Positions 31,401-40,811 of a stretch of DNA of 64,000 nt are shown here, piece by piece. Positions within the stretch are counted from its first letter, which is position 1. Every line of letters starts with the position of its first letter. The stretch lies in contig JBJOKS010000017.1 of NCBI GenBank assembly GCA_046045965.1, forward strand, positions 32,001 through 96,000, in the 5' to 3' direction. A model generated the notes under the pieces. It ran no database searches, was not told the DNA's origin, and saw nothing but the letters and a program-made list of their open reading frames with translations. The stretch is from Cyanobacteriota bacterium (GTDB lineage: Bacteria > Cyanobacteriota > Cyanobacteriia > Cyanobacteriales > Nostocaceae). A program made the position numbers and the translations under genes.

Positions 31401-32098
31401 ATATCTAAATCTTGGGCAAGAGTAAAATCATTGAAATATTCAAAGACAAATGTATCGTTTCCAGCACCACCTATGAGGCTATCAGAACCCAAACCCCCAA
31501 ATAATTGATCATTTCCACCCAAACCAGACAGTGTATCATTACCGGCTAAACCTTGAATGACATCATCACCCGATGTTCCTTCAATAGAGTCACTACCTGA
31601 TGTTCCCTGCTGCTCTACCTGAATAACTTGGCCATTTACGGTAATTGTGGCTGAATCATCTTCTGCTTGTAAAGCTTGTAAGGTTGCAGCATCCAAACTG
31701 TTACCCAGTACCAACTCAGCAAAAATTGCCCCTTCATCTCCAGCACTGTCCAAGGTATTAATTTGAGCATCTACAAAATGCCCAATTTCCTCTAATAAAA
31801 CTCTACTAATATCTGCTGGTGTAGCGTTAGCAACAAAGGTATTTGACAGATATATCTTATTCGTGCTACTTGCATAAGCGCCGTTAGCAGTTCCCAGAAT
31901 GCTACTATCCAGAATTTCAATTTGCGGAAGTTGACTAAAATCACCAGTTTGCCACTGTAAACGTAGAATTTCCGCGACACTGCTGTTGTATTGCGTACCA
32001 AAAGCAGTATCTACAACCTGCCAGAAGATATTTACACCAGAAAAGGCGCTCAGTTGGTTGTATGTCAGCGTTAGGGCATCGTTGAGTAAAGTATTCAT
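28433..32098 (-). CDS. Large secreted/surface Ca-binding protein: EExxH zincin-like N-domain, RTX nonapeptides, 3 x 150-aa repeats, 2 Calx-beta domains
   Basis: LLEEIGHFVD motif, many GGxGNDxL repeats, TLSINDVSITEGNSG...TATAGSDF and TARAGSDY Calx-beta motifs. Confidence 0.85.
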   Translation of the reverse strand: MNTLLNDALTLTYNQLSAFSGVNIFWQVVDTAFGTQYNSSVAEILRLQWQTGDFSQLPQIEILDSSILGTANGAYASSTNKIYLSNTFVANATPADISRVLLEEIGHFVDAQINTLDSAGDEGAIFAELVLGNSLDAATLQALQAEDDSATITVNGQVIQVEQQGTSGSDSIEGTSGDDVIQGLAGNDTLSGLGGNDQLFGGLGSDSLIGGAGNDTFVFEYFNDFTLAQDLDIVTDFVRGQDKIDLRTIRIADSQTLSFLTSNDAEDNFVIAARLNHTSNPDFAYRLRINGFNTTQIDATDFIFSTTVANDNLTGTSNSDDLFGGLGNDTIQGGGANDRLFGEQGDDRLLGGLGSDTLYGGAGNDTFVFEYFDDFTLAQDLDVVADFVRGQDKIDLRTIRIADSQTLSFLTSNDAEDNFVIAARLNHTSNPDFAYRLRINGFNTSEIDATDFIFSTTVANDNLTGDSNSDDLFGGLGNDTIQGDGGNDRLFGEQGDDRLLGGLGSDTLYGGAGNDTFVFEYFDDFTLAQDLDVVADFVRGQDKIDLRTIRIADSQTLSFLTSNDAEDNFVIAARLNHTSNPDFAYRLRINGFNTSEIDATDFIFSTTVANDNLTGDSNSDDLFGGLGNDTIQGDGANDRLFGEQGDDRLVGGVGNDTLYGGTGNDTAVFSGTRSQYQITNNAGVFTITDTVSNRDGIDTLLDIERVQFSDQAITIGGTLPTLSINDVSITEGNSGTRNLVFTVTRSGAASQPITVNFTTANGTATAGSDFTSTSGTLTFATNETTKTITIPIIGDTIVEANETFFVNLSNAVNATIADGQGQGTINNDDSSSITINLSPNQTVVEGRTNSQNVTYNVTLSSASTQTITVQFTTSNGTARAGSDYSSRSGTLTFNPGQTTQTIIIPILNDAINEANENFTVTLSSPVNAVLGTRRTATTTITDTLTSSTTTTLPAGVENLALTGTSAINGTGNTGNNILSGNSGNNTLAGLNGNDTYAFVANSALGTDRITETVTGGNDTLDFTGTTGAVKVNLRVTTAQTVNSNLRLVLSANNVIENATGGTGNDRLTGNSLNNLLVGGNGNDQLQGLAGNDTLLGGLGDDILIGGTGNDQFLFQGSGAFNANLGVDGIIDFVVGQDKIVLSRATFNAITNAAGQALSDFAVVANDGLVDASNARIVYSQETGSIFYNQNGSSLGAASVFEFAYLANPDLTLSSSDFTLVV
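30121..31470 (-). repeat. Three tandem ~450-bp near-identical intragenic repeats
   Basis: The same DNA recurs at 450-bp spacing (e.g. TACTTGTGTGGTTTAACCGAGCAGC at 30361, 30811 and 31261). Confidence 0.93.
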
Positions 32099-32210
32099 GA
32101 AATACGTCTTGTAAAAGTTTTACACATTTTAACAAAGTGTAATTTTTACAAGCAAGTAGTATTTTTTTAGGAAAATGGTTATATTTTTTATACCTCTTTC
32201 TACTTATATT

Positions 32211-32651
32211 TTAACTCTTACTAACCGTTGATTGAGCTAAAGAGCGCAATAACAATTTTCTACCTAATTCAATATCTGAGGGCGCACATTGCCAATCTGG
32301 GTGTGCAGTCATTAACAAACTATCTAAAGTTTCTTGATCAAAAAGATGCCACACAGGCGCATCATTAATTCTAGCTTCTAGAGCATAGCAGTTAGTAGCA
32401 ATGCAGCGAATCATGCAACGGCTGGATATTCTCGCCAAACTCATCATCTCTCCAGGTTGTAGAGAGCGAAATTTGCGGATTACTTCTTTAAACTCATCAA
32501 AAGAAGATACTATCAATCCAGGTAGAGCTAATGTTACCTTTTTTTCTCCATTCACCGCAATCCAGTAATGACGACTAGGGTCGATACCTTCTAACCAAGG
32601 TGATTCATCATCAAGACGATAGCGGGGTGATAGGCAAAATAAAGGTTCCAT
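32211..32651 (-). CDS. Conserved cyanobacterial hypothetical protein
   Basis: ORF with FCLSPRYRLDDE..WLEGIDPSRHYW and MTAHPDWQC; start uncertain (32651 or 32696). Confidence 0.65.
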   Translation of the reverse strand: MEPLFCLSPRYRLDDESPWLEGIDPSRHYWIAVNGEKKVTLALPGLIVSSFDEFKEVIRKFRSLQPGEMMSLARISSRCMIRCIATNCYALEARINDAPVWHLFDQETLDSLLMTAHPDWQCAPSDIELGRKLLLRSLAQSTVSKS

Positions 32652-32840
32652 AAGCAAAATAATGAATTTAATATCAACTACAGGCTCTTCGATCACCCAA
32701 ACAGGGTTCCCAATTTTGCAAAGCAGCCTTATGACTTAAAATTATTTGATAATTCTCACTAATAAATCAAATAAATTTAGCAAAAGTTATTAATATTATT
32801 CATATTTCTTAATAAATCACCTTCTTGAGCCGGGAGCTTG

Positions 32841-33266
32841 TTAATTGACCAATTCTGGTATGGTAGTTTCTAGCTTCAGACAGTTAGCACCATTAACCTG
32901 CAACCGATACTCTACCTTGTCCATGAGACGAGTCATAATCAACCACCCATAACCACCTTCTTGTTTTTGTCCAGGATTAGGAGGAAAGTAGGTGGACATA
33001 TCAAAACCATTACCATAGTCCCAGATTTCGATCGCCAATTTCCGATCTTTGAGTTCCAAACGCAATAAAATGGGTAAGCTGGGCTGATCTTTGTGAGCAT
33101 GACGTACAGCATTAGAGTATGCTTCAACCAACGCCAACCGCAAACGGCTTGATTGCGCTGACCAATCCACAGATTCACCCAGATGAATTTTCAAGCATCC
33201 CAGCAACCAAGTTTCGACGATATTTACAAAACTCAAATCACTTGGTACATGAAGCTCACTTTTCAT
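32841..33266 (-). CDS. RsbW/SpoIIAB-like anti-sigma-factor Ser kinase (HATPase_c_2)
   Basis: LALVEAYSNAVRHA, IWDYGNGFD, EGGYGWLIM. Confidence 0.88.
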   Translation of the reverse strand: MKSELHVPSDLSFVNIVETWLLGCLKIHLGESVDWSAQSSRLRLALVEAYSNAVRHAHKDQPSLPILLRLELKDRKLAIEIWDYGNGFDMSTYFPPNPGQKQEGGYGWLIMTRLMDKVEYRLQVNGANCLKLETTIPELVN

Positions 33267-33269
33267 TAG

Positions 33270-34943
33270 TTACAAAACCTCCAGGGAGAGTATAGTTTGG
33301 TCATCTTCTTGGATAGGGTTATCTGTTTGAATACGAGTTAGTAAATGTTCAAGAGAAAAAGGTTGAGGTTGCTCTTGTATAAGTTGCCAAAGACCTTCTT
33401 GATTTAGCATAGAAGAGTTTATTGGCTGATCGCTATTAGTATTTTTTTTAGAAATATTTGAATTTATTGATACTTGCGCTTCAGTAATTCCATCACTAGC
33501 TAATAACAGCGTGTCTCCAGAAGCCAGAATCAATCTGCCTGACTTTGACTGCCATTTGGGTAAAATACCCAAGGGAATGCTGCGGATTTTGAGGTAATGT
33601 GGTTGAGTAACTAAAGTTGCTGGTTTTGACCACAAGAGAGGATAGATATGCCCAGCATTAGCATAGACAAGTTCTTTGGTAGCTGGGTTATAGGATGCAA
33701 TAACAAGAGTTATAAAATAATTATTACTAATTAAATCATCAGCCAGCGCATAGTTGAGATTTTGCATAACAATATTCGGCTCGGCTGGTGATTGTTGAGA
33801 TAATTCCCGACGCAACAGGGAAATAGCACTGGCCATGAATAGAGCTGCTGGCACACCTTTACCCGAAACATCACCGACAGCCAACCACAAGTTACCTTGA
33901 GGATGGACAAAGACTTCAAAAAAATCTCCGCCTACTTCCCGCGCCGGATAACAGCAAGCTTGGACTTTGACACCATCAAACTCAGGTAAGATTTGACGAA
34001 GGAGGTTATTTTGAATTTGGCGAGCTACTTGCAATTCAACACGTATTTGTTCTTGTTTTTCTTGCAGACTTTGGTAGAGTTTGGCTTGGGAGAGGGCTAA
34101 AGCTGCTTGTTCTGCCACACCTGTAATGAGTTGGATATCTTCCTGGGTCCAAGGTTGTTCACTTCCCCATTGATAGATAGTCATCACAGCGAGTAAGTGC
34201 TGCTGGTAGTTAAATGGAACAACTAGACAGTGATAAGGATTTTGATTATATGTATCTTGAGCTAACTGATATTTTTGAGTGTGGAGAACTTCTATAATTA
34301 ATGGGATCGGGTCTAAAGGTGGACTAATGGCTGGGAATTGAGGATCATGATAGGAAAACTGATCTGGTGTCAGGACATCGCCCTCTACTAGTCTCAGCAC
34401 ACAACTGGTAGCAGCAAATGTTTGTCCAATAGTAACGACAATATTTTGCAGGATACTGTCATAGTCCAATGATTCTCGAATTGCCGTTGTTACCGCATTA
34501 AATAAAGATTCTCGTCGCAGGGCATTACGCAGTTCTTTTGTCCGCTTTTTAACTAATTTATAAGTATCCCGTCCTTGCTCAACTAATACCTTGAGTTGTT
34601 CCGGTTTCCAGGGTTTAGTGATGTACTTGAATACCTGTCCAGAGTTAATCGCATCTACCAAATCTTCAACATCTGTAAAACCAGTCAGTAAAATACGAAT
34701 TGTATCGGGAAAACGCTCCACTGTCCGACTAAAAAATTCCGTACCGTTCATATCTGGCATTCTTTGGTCAGAGATAATCACGGCCATCTCCCCCACTTGG
34801 TCTAATATTGCCAAAGCATCATGGGCGTTAATTGCTTTATATACTTTAAAGTCTCGCCAAAAAGTGCGGTAGAGCAAGTCCAAATTATCTGGCTCATCAT
34901 CTACCACCATGAGCTTGAGCTTTTCTACCTCTTTGTTAGTCAT
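33270..34943 (-). CDS. REC-GAF-SpoIIE (RsbU-like) phosphatase
   Basis: N-terminal receiver (VVDDE, ISDQRMP), GAF, VGGDFF, GDVSGKG, SDGITEA, DDQTIL. Confidence 0.92.
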   Translation of the reverse strand: MTNKEVEKLKLMVVDDEPDNLDLLYRTFWRDFKVYKAINAHDALAILDQVGEMAVIISDQRMPDMNGTEFFSRTVERFPDTIRILLTGFTDVEDLVDAINSGQVFKYITKPWKPEQLKVLVEQGRDTYKLVKKRTKELRNALRRESLFNAVTTAIRESLDYDSILQNIVVTIGQTFAATSCVLRLVEGDVLTPDQFSYHDPQFPAISPPLDPIPLIIEVLHTQKYQLAQDTYNQNPYHCLVVPFNYQQHLLAVMTIYQWGSEQPWTQEDIQLITGVAEQAALALSQAKLYQSLQEKQEQIRVELQVARQIQNNLLRQILPEFDGVKVQACCYPAREVGGDFFEVFVHPQGNLWLAVGDVSGKGVPAALFMASAISLLRRELSQQSPAEPNIVMQNLNYALADDLISNNYFITLVIASYNPATKELVYANAGHIYPLLWSKPATLVTQPHYLKIRSIPLGILPKWQSKSGRLILASGDTLLLASDGITEAQVSINSNISKKNTNSDQPINSSMLNQEGLWQLIQEQPQPFSLEHLLTRIQTDNPIQEDDQTILSLEVL

Positions 34944-35037
34944 ATTTGACTATTCTTTCTAGATACTTTAATGGCAGGGAATAGGGAACAGGGAGGAGAA
35001 AAAAGTGATCGTGGGTAATTACCCACACAGAATATCA

Positions 35038-35158
35038 TTAACTTACCTTTGGGGGTGAAAGTCCCCTGCTTCTACAAGCAGCGGGTTTTGCGTCGGGGTA
35101 AAATCCCGTTGCCAAACGTAATTCTACATTCTACATTCTAAATTCTTCATTCTTTTAA
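35038..35158 (-). repeat. Dispersed repeat element, copy 2
   Basis: Reverse complement of 23415-23575 with a shorter heptamer array; starts immediately after the NarL-type regulator stop codon. Confidence 0.8.
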
Positions 35159-35890
35159 TTAGTCCACAATTCCTGAACGTAAAGCGCGTACTGCGGCTTG
35201 GGTACGGTCATCAGCAGATAGCTTGTTAAGAATATTGCGAACATGAGTTTTTACGGTTCCAATTGTGATGTACAATCTTTCGGCAATGACTGCATTACTA
35301 CAACCTTCAACTATTAAGTGTAATACTTCTAATTCCCTATCTGTGAGGGCGTAAGGTTCGATAGGCTGCTGATTTTCTTCTGGTTCTGAAGAAGATGCAA
35401 AAGTTCGGGTATCTGAGAATATAGATGCTAGTGGAGTCGGATTTTGCTGTGCTTTTTGCTGTGCTTGTTGTAATACAATTCTGGCGATCGCTGGATCAAT
35501 CCAAGCATAGCCATTGTATGTCACCCGCACTGCTTCTAGCAAATTATCAAAGTTGATATCCTTCATACAGTAGGAGTCTGCACCCGCAGCAAAAGCTGCC
35601 AACACGGACTCCTTGTTATCTTGTAGTGTCAAAATCAAGACTTTGGTATCTAACTTTTGAGTTTCAGCAATAGCTTTTACCTCTTTTGTTAGCTCAATAC
35701 CATCCTGATCTGGTAAACCGATATCGACTATCGCAATATCTGGTTGTAGTGTTTTTAACATTTTCAACCCTTCAGCCGCAGTGGCCGCTTCCCCGACAAG
35801 TTCAATTTCTTTTTTCTGTGAGAGTGCTGTCCGAATTCCCACACGAGTGAGATCATGATCTTCAATCAGCGCGATGCGAATTTTACTCAT
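35159..35890 (-). CDS. NarL/LuxR family response regulator
   Basis: ALIEDH, IVDIGLP receiver; LTDRELEVL...TVKTHVRNILNKL LuxR HTH. Start ATG 35890. Confidence 0.92.
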   Translation of the reverse strand: MSKIRIALIEDHDLTRVGIRTALSQKKEIELVGEAATAAEGLKMLKTLQPDIAIVDIGLPDQDGIELTKEVKAIAETQKLDTKVLILTLQDNKESVLAAFAAGADSYCMKDINFDNLLEAVRVTYNGYAWIDPAIARIVLQQAQQKAQQNPTPLASIFSDTRTFASSSEPEENQQPIEPYALTDRELEVLHLIVEGCSNAVIAERLYITIGTVKTHVRNILNKLSADDRTQAAVRALRSGIVD

Positions 35891-36462
35891 AATCAACTTA
35901 TGCCTGTTAATACTCAGTTTTACACTCCTCACGCCTAAAAAGCATGAGATTATTAATTTACAATCAGTTCCACCACTTTGCCCAACTTGCCTTAAGTTAC
36001 CTATTACCTAGAGAATAATTATTACTAGGAGCATATCAATATATAAGTTTGTAAAATTAATAAGATTATAAATTGTAAACCAGTTAGATTTTGCGTTTCA
36101 TAGAGATTTATAAACTTTGACAATGATTATGGCTATTTTTAGCCTAACTTTATCTGGGCGTTATCCAAAACTATATCTTATGATCGGTGAGTAGGAATCA
36201 GGTAGACGGCATAAATATTCTTTGGGAAAGAATTACACACTGATAACTATCTTAGCTAACCCTAATTTTTCCTTGGTCTATTTTCATTCATTCAACCAAA
36301 TGACAGAAGATTTAGTAATGAGTAATTTGTAATCAGCAAAGTTTTTAGTTAGGCGAAAAATGATTTTTTACTTTTTATAGCACCCAAGGCAACCCATTAT
36401 AAATTAACAATATAATAAAACAGTATTAATCTCTTTATGACTGCTGAATTTATATTTACATA

Positions 36463-36593
36463 TAAGTAAGTCGGCACGAAAAAACCAAGGTATGTAAAAA
36501 AATGTAAAATTGCTAAAAACCTCTTCCCTCCAGCATAGCTGCCTCCTGCCTCCTGCCTTGTCATAACGACAATTTTTAACGCCTACCTACTTA
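36463..36593. mobile_element. MITE with TA-terminated inverted ends
   Basis: TAAGTAAGTCGGC ... GCCTACCTACTTA imperfect terminal inverted repeats; internal CTGCCTC repeats. Confidence 0.65.
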
Positions 36594-36692
36594 GCCTTTC
36601 CCAGTCTAATGAAGTACACACCAATTTATTCCCTGTTCCCTGGTTCCTAAAACTAAAAAATGTTGTACCTCACGAGCATGGGAACTTCTATA
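36592..36692. mobile_element. Second MITE-like element abutting the first
   Basis: TAGCCTTTCCCA..TGAAGTACA versus TGTACCTCA..TGGGAACTTCTATA imperfect inverted ends; CCCTGTT interior. Confidence 0.5.
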
Positions 36693-36728
36693 TGAGGCAA
36701 ATGAATTAAAACCCATTTATTAAAAAAT

Positions 36729-38861
36729 ATGGCGGAAATCTGGAATAATCTTTTTAACACAGGTTTGTTTATCCCACATGGGCATTGCTATCTTTGGCAA
36801 ACCAATTTAGTGATGCTACATCTATTGTCTGATGGACTAATTGCTCTAGCTTATTACTCAATTCCCATTTCCCTGTTTTACTTTGTTAATCAACGTAAGG
36901 ATTTGCCATTTTATTGGATTTTTCTGTTGTTTAGTGCCTTTATCATAGCTTGTGGTACTACTCACCTACTAGAAATTTGGACTCTTTGGCATCCCACATA
37001 TTGGTTATCAGGGTTAGTTAAAGCTGTGACTGCGATTATATCTTTATTTACAGCATTAGAACTTGTACCTTTAGTTCCACAAGCACTAGCTCTTCCGAGT
37101 CCTGCTCAACTCAAACAAATAAATCAAGAACTGCAAACAGAAATATCTGATCGGTTACGGATAGATAAAGAACTGAGAAAATATCAGAATCATTTGGAAG
37201 AATTGGTTGCTCTCCGCACGCAAGAGATTACTAACGCCAATGAGCAATTACAACAGGAAATTGCTGAACGTCAACGTATCCTGGAAATTTTACGACAAAG
37301 TGAGGAACGTTACCGTTATTTAGTGGAAGCAATACCTCAACTGGTCTGGACAAGTGATGCCCAAGGACAGACTGATTATTTTAATCAAAATTGGACTGAA
37401 TATACAGGATTAACATTAGAGCAATCATTGGGTTATGGTTGGTTAGCAGCATTGCATCCCGATGATGTGGAAAGGTCTTATCAAGTCTGGTTAAATGCTG
37501 TGGAAACTGGGAAAAGTTATGAAAATGAATACCGCTTCAAACGGGCTGCGGATGGTTGTTATCGCTGGCAATTGGCACGGGGATTACCACTTAAAAATGA
37601 GCAAGATTGTGTAGTCAAGTGGTTTGGTACTTGTACAGATATCCATGAACACAAAGAAATCCAACAAGAACGCGCCCGCTTATTGGAATTAGAACAAGCA
37701 GCACGGGCTAAAGCTGAAACAGCTAATCGAATTAAAGATGAATTTCTGGCTGTTCTCTCCCACGAGTTACGCACGCCTTTAAATGCAATTTTAGGCTGGT
37801 CTCAGTTATTGCAAATTCATAAATTTGATGAAATCAAGACATCTAAAGCCCTAGCAACAATTGAACGTAATGCCAAATTACAAGTGCAACTGATTGAAGA
37901 TTTACTGGATGTTTCACGAATTTTACAGGGTAAACTAGTGCTGAATAGGGTAAAAGTCAATTTAGAATCTATAGTTTTACCAGCCATAGAAACAATACGT
38001 TTAGCAGCAGAAACTAAATCTATTCAGGTAAACACAATTTTTCCAGAGAAGATCCCTCAAGTCATGGGTGATCCTACTCGCTTGCAGCAAGTTGTTTGGA
38101 ATTTACTTTCTAATGCTGTTAAATTTACACCCAGGGCAGGAAAAGTAGAAGTGCAAATAGGGCAGTTTGATGGCTATGCGGAAATTACAGTTAGTGATAC
38201 AGGTAAAGGCATTAGTGTTGAGTTTCTGCCCTATGTTTTTGATTACTTCCGACAGGCTGATAGCAGTTCTACTAGAAAATTTGGGGGCTTAGGTTTGGGT
38301 TTGGCAATTGTGCGGAATATAGTGGAAATACATGGCGGTATCATCACAGCAGAAAGCCCTGGTATAGATCAAGGGGCAAAATTTACTGTTAGGCTACCGT
38401 TGATCAAAGATGATAGTTCCAGGATGATAAATGCAGAAAATCATTCTTCATCCTTAACGGTTAATTCTTTGCCACTGAATGGTCTACAGATTTTAGTTGT
38501 TGATGATGATGCGGACTCTCTGGAATTTGTGGTCTTTGTTTTAGAACAAGATGGGGCTGAGGTGATAGCGGTATCTTCAGCATTGGCAGCAATACAAGTG
38601 CTATCACAGAGGCTGGTAGATATGTTAATTAGTGATATTAGTATGCCAGATATGGATGGCTATATGCTAATGCGTCAAGTCAGAAGTTGGAGTACAGAAC
38701 AAGGGGGAAAAATTCCAGCGATCGCTTTGACTGCCTATGCTGGCGAATATGACCAAAGCCAGGCTATAGCGGCAGGATTTCAGTTGCATCTTTCAAAACC
38801 GATAGCAAGAGAAGACTTAGTGCAAGCGATCGCTCAAGTAATGAATTTACCACAAAGTTAG
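36729..38861 (+). CDS. Hybrid sensor histidine kinase with ETR1-like ethylene-binding TM domain, PAS, HisKA, HATPase and REC
   Basis: SDGLIALAYYSIP and FIIACGTTH; PAS (LHPDD, YRW); LSHELRTPL; NLLSNAVKFT; GGLGLGL; ISDISMP. Confidence 0.9.
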   Translation: MAEIWNNLFNTGLFIPHGHCYLWQTNLVMLHLLSDGLIALAYYSIPISLFYFVNQRKDLPFYWIFLLFSAFIIACGTTHLLEIWTLWHPTYWLSGLVKAVTAIISLFTALELVPLVPQALALPSPAQLKQINQELQTEISDRLRIDKELRKYQNHLEELVALRTQEITNANEQLQQEIAERQRILEILRQSEERYRYLVEAIPQLVWTSDAQGQTDYFNQNWTEYTGLTLEQSLGYGWLAALHPDDVERSYQVWLNAVETGKSYENEYRFKRAADGCYRWQLARGLPLKNEQDCVVKWFGTCTDIHEHKEIQQERARLLELEQAARAKAETANRIKDEFLAVLSHELRTPLNAILGWSQLLQIHKFDEIKTSKALATIERNAKLQVQLIEDLLDVSRILQGKLVLNRVKVNLESIVLPAIETIRLAAETKSIQVNTIFPEKIPQVMGDPTRLQQVVWNLLSNAVKFTPRAGKVEVQIGQFDGYAEITVSDTGKGISVEFLPYVFDYFRQADSSSTRKFGGLGLGLAIVRNIVEIHGGIITAESPGIDQGAKFTVRLPLIKDDSSRMINAENHSSSLTVNSLPLNGLQILVVDDDADSLEFVVFVLEQDGAEVIAVSSALAAIQVLSQRLVDMLISDISMPDMDGYMLMRQVRSWSTEQGGKIPAIALTAYAGEYDQSQAIAAGFQLHLSKPIAREDLVQAIAQVMNLPQS

Positions 38862-39016
38862 TAGTATTTACAACCATAATTCTCTCGTCTTGAGGTAGGG
38901 GAGCGTCAACCCGACAATTAAGCAAAAACTAACCTGAAATATACAATCCGTCTGGGAAAAAATTTGATAGACTAAGCTTCTAAATAATTTGGTGTAAGAC
39001 TAATCAAGAATTTACT

Positions 39017-39781
39017 ATGTATAAATCAGATACAAAATTTTCAGTATTGGGTTTACCAGTTCATGTGATGACAAACTATCCCACCTGGTTGATAGAATGT
39101 CTCCAACAAGGCAGAGGAATTCATGTAGTCACGCTCAATGCAGAAATGACCATGCAAGCAGAGCGCGATCACTCCCTAGCTGAAGTAATTCAAAATGCTG
39201 ATCTAGTGATTCCAGATGGTGCGGGGGTTGTTTTGTATTTGCAGTATCTATTAAGACAAAAAGTGAAACGCTGTCCCGGAATTGAATTAGCAGAAACATT
39301 GTTACAAGAACTCGGTCAACAGAAAACACCCACTAAGGTATTTTTCTATGGAGGAGCTAACGGAGTAGCCGCAACTGCCGCAGAATTTTGGCAACAGCAA
39401 GTTCCAGATTTGCATATAGTAGGTACTCACTCCGGTTATCATACCCCAGAAGAAGAACAAATATTACAGCAAACATTAACTCAATTACAGCCACAAGTCA
39501 TCTTTGTTGGTTTAGGAGTGCCACGTCAAGAGTTATGGATCGCCAAAAACCGTCATTTCTGTCCTCAAGCAATTTGGATCGGAGTAGGTGGTAGTTTTGA
39601 TATTTGGTCAGGGAGAAAAACTCGCGCTCCCCGTTGGTTGGCAAATCACAATTTAGAATGGCTGTATCGTTTGTATCAAGAGCCTTGGCGTTGGTACAGA
39701 ATGCTGGCTTTACCTGAGTTTGTATTCAAAGCCTTTGTTTATCGTTTGACTGCCAGGAGTATAAAGAGTGCTGGGTGTTGA
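39017..39781 (+). CDS. WecB/TagA/CpsF family glycosyltransferase
   Basis: VTLNAE, PDGAGV, VGLGVPRQE, GVGGSFD, LEWLYRL. Confidence 0.92.
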   Translation: MYKSDTKFSVLGLPVHVMTNYPTWLIECLQQGRGIHVVTLNAEMTMQAERDHSLAEVIQNADLVIPDGAGVVLYLQYLLRQKVKRCPGIELAETLLQELGQQKTPTKVFFYGGANGVAATAAEFWQQQVPDLHIVGTHSGYHTPEEEQILQQTLTQLQPQVIFVGLGVPRQELWIAKNRHFCPQAIWIGVGGSFDIWSGRKTRAPRWLANHNLEWLYRLYQEPWRWYRMLALPEFVFKAFVYRLTARSIKSAGC

Positions 39782-39797
39782 ATGGGTGAATATTCAA

Positions 39798-40011
39798 GAG
39801 GCAGGAGATAGGAGGCAGGAGGCAGGAGGAACCCACGTTTTAAAACGTAAAATTGAAGCAAAGACGCTTTGTATCGCACTTCGTGCCGATTTGCTAACGC
39901 GCTATGCGTCTCGATACAATTCCTCTTTTAAACTGGGCTTTAGACCCAGAAAAGACAGTTTTAATTCATACTTCTTCCCTCCAGCAAGACAGCCCTCTGC
40001 CTCCTGCCTTC
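39798..40011. repeat. STRR-bounded intergenic repeat element
   Basis: GAGGCAG repeats on the left, inverted CTGCCTC repeats on the right, short internal palindromes. Confidence 0.45.
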
Positions 40012-40040
40012 TTTGTAATTGGGAATAGGAAAGTTTCTAG

Positions 40041-40760
40041 ATGTCAACAGTTTACATAACAGAAGACACAGATAGTCAACAGCAAGGTAGTCAAGCTGGG
40101 TCAATGGTGGAGTTACGCTCTGTCACCAAGACTTATTCCAACGGCTATCATGCCCTACTGGATGTGAGTATTAAGATTAAAAAGGGAGAATTTCTATTTA
40201 TTACCGGACCGAGTGGTTCGGGAAAATCAACTTTTTTAAAGTTGCTGTATGGTCAGGAGTTACCCACCCAAGGAGAGGTAATTGTTGATGATTTGAATGT
40301 AGCAAAATTACGGGGCGATCGCCTCTCATTCTTGCGCCGTCGGATAGGAATCATTTTTCAAGACTATAAATTAATTCCCCAGCGGACAGTAGCAGAGAAT
40401 GTAACTTTTGTACTGCAAGCTCAAGGCTACACTCGTAAAGAAATTCAAAGACGTTTAGAACCGACTTTAAAATTAGTAGGTTTATTATCTAAAGCTGACT
40501 CTTTTCCTGATCAACTTTCTGGGGGAGAACAGCAGCGGGTGAGTATTGCGCGAGCAATTATCGCTACCCCACCCCTACTACTCGCAGATGAACCAACGGG
40601 AAACCTTGATCCTGATAATTCCTGGCAAGTTATCCAAATTCTCCAAAAATTAAATACTTTTGGGGCTACAGTAATTGTCACTACCCATGATGAGCAACTG
40701 GTAAGACGGTGTAATCATCCCGTGGTACAGGTAAAAAACGGTAGGTTATATCGAAAATAG
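40041..40760 (+). CDS. ftsE: Cell division ATP-binding protein FtsE
   Basis: [46 protein letters not shown]. Confidence 0.88.
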   Translation: MSTVYITEDTDSQQQGSQAGSMVELRSVTKTYSNGYHALLDVSIKIKKGEFLFITGPSGSGKSTFLKLLYGQELPTQGEVIVDDLNVAKLRGDRLSFLRRRIGIIFQDYKLIPQRTVAENVTFVLQAQGYTRKEIQRRLEPTLKLVGLLSKADSFPDQLSGGEQQRVSIARAIIATPPLLLADEPTGNLDPDNSWQVIQILQKLNTFGATVIVTTHDEQLVRRCNHPVVQVKNGRLYRK

Positions 40761-40811
40761 TTATAGGGAACAGGGAACAGGTGAAAATAGCAATTAACAA
40801 TTAGCAAGTAA

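Noticed and set aside
28572..31508. Series of plus-strand ORFs antisense to the RTX gene, and other antisense ORFs inside gyrA, glcD, crtP and the efflux genes
   Set aside because: Shadow frames of strongly supported genes, with no independent motifs or RBS.
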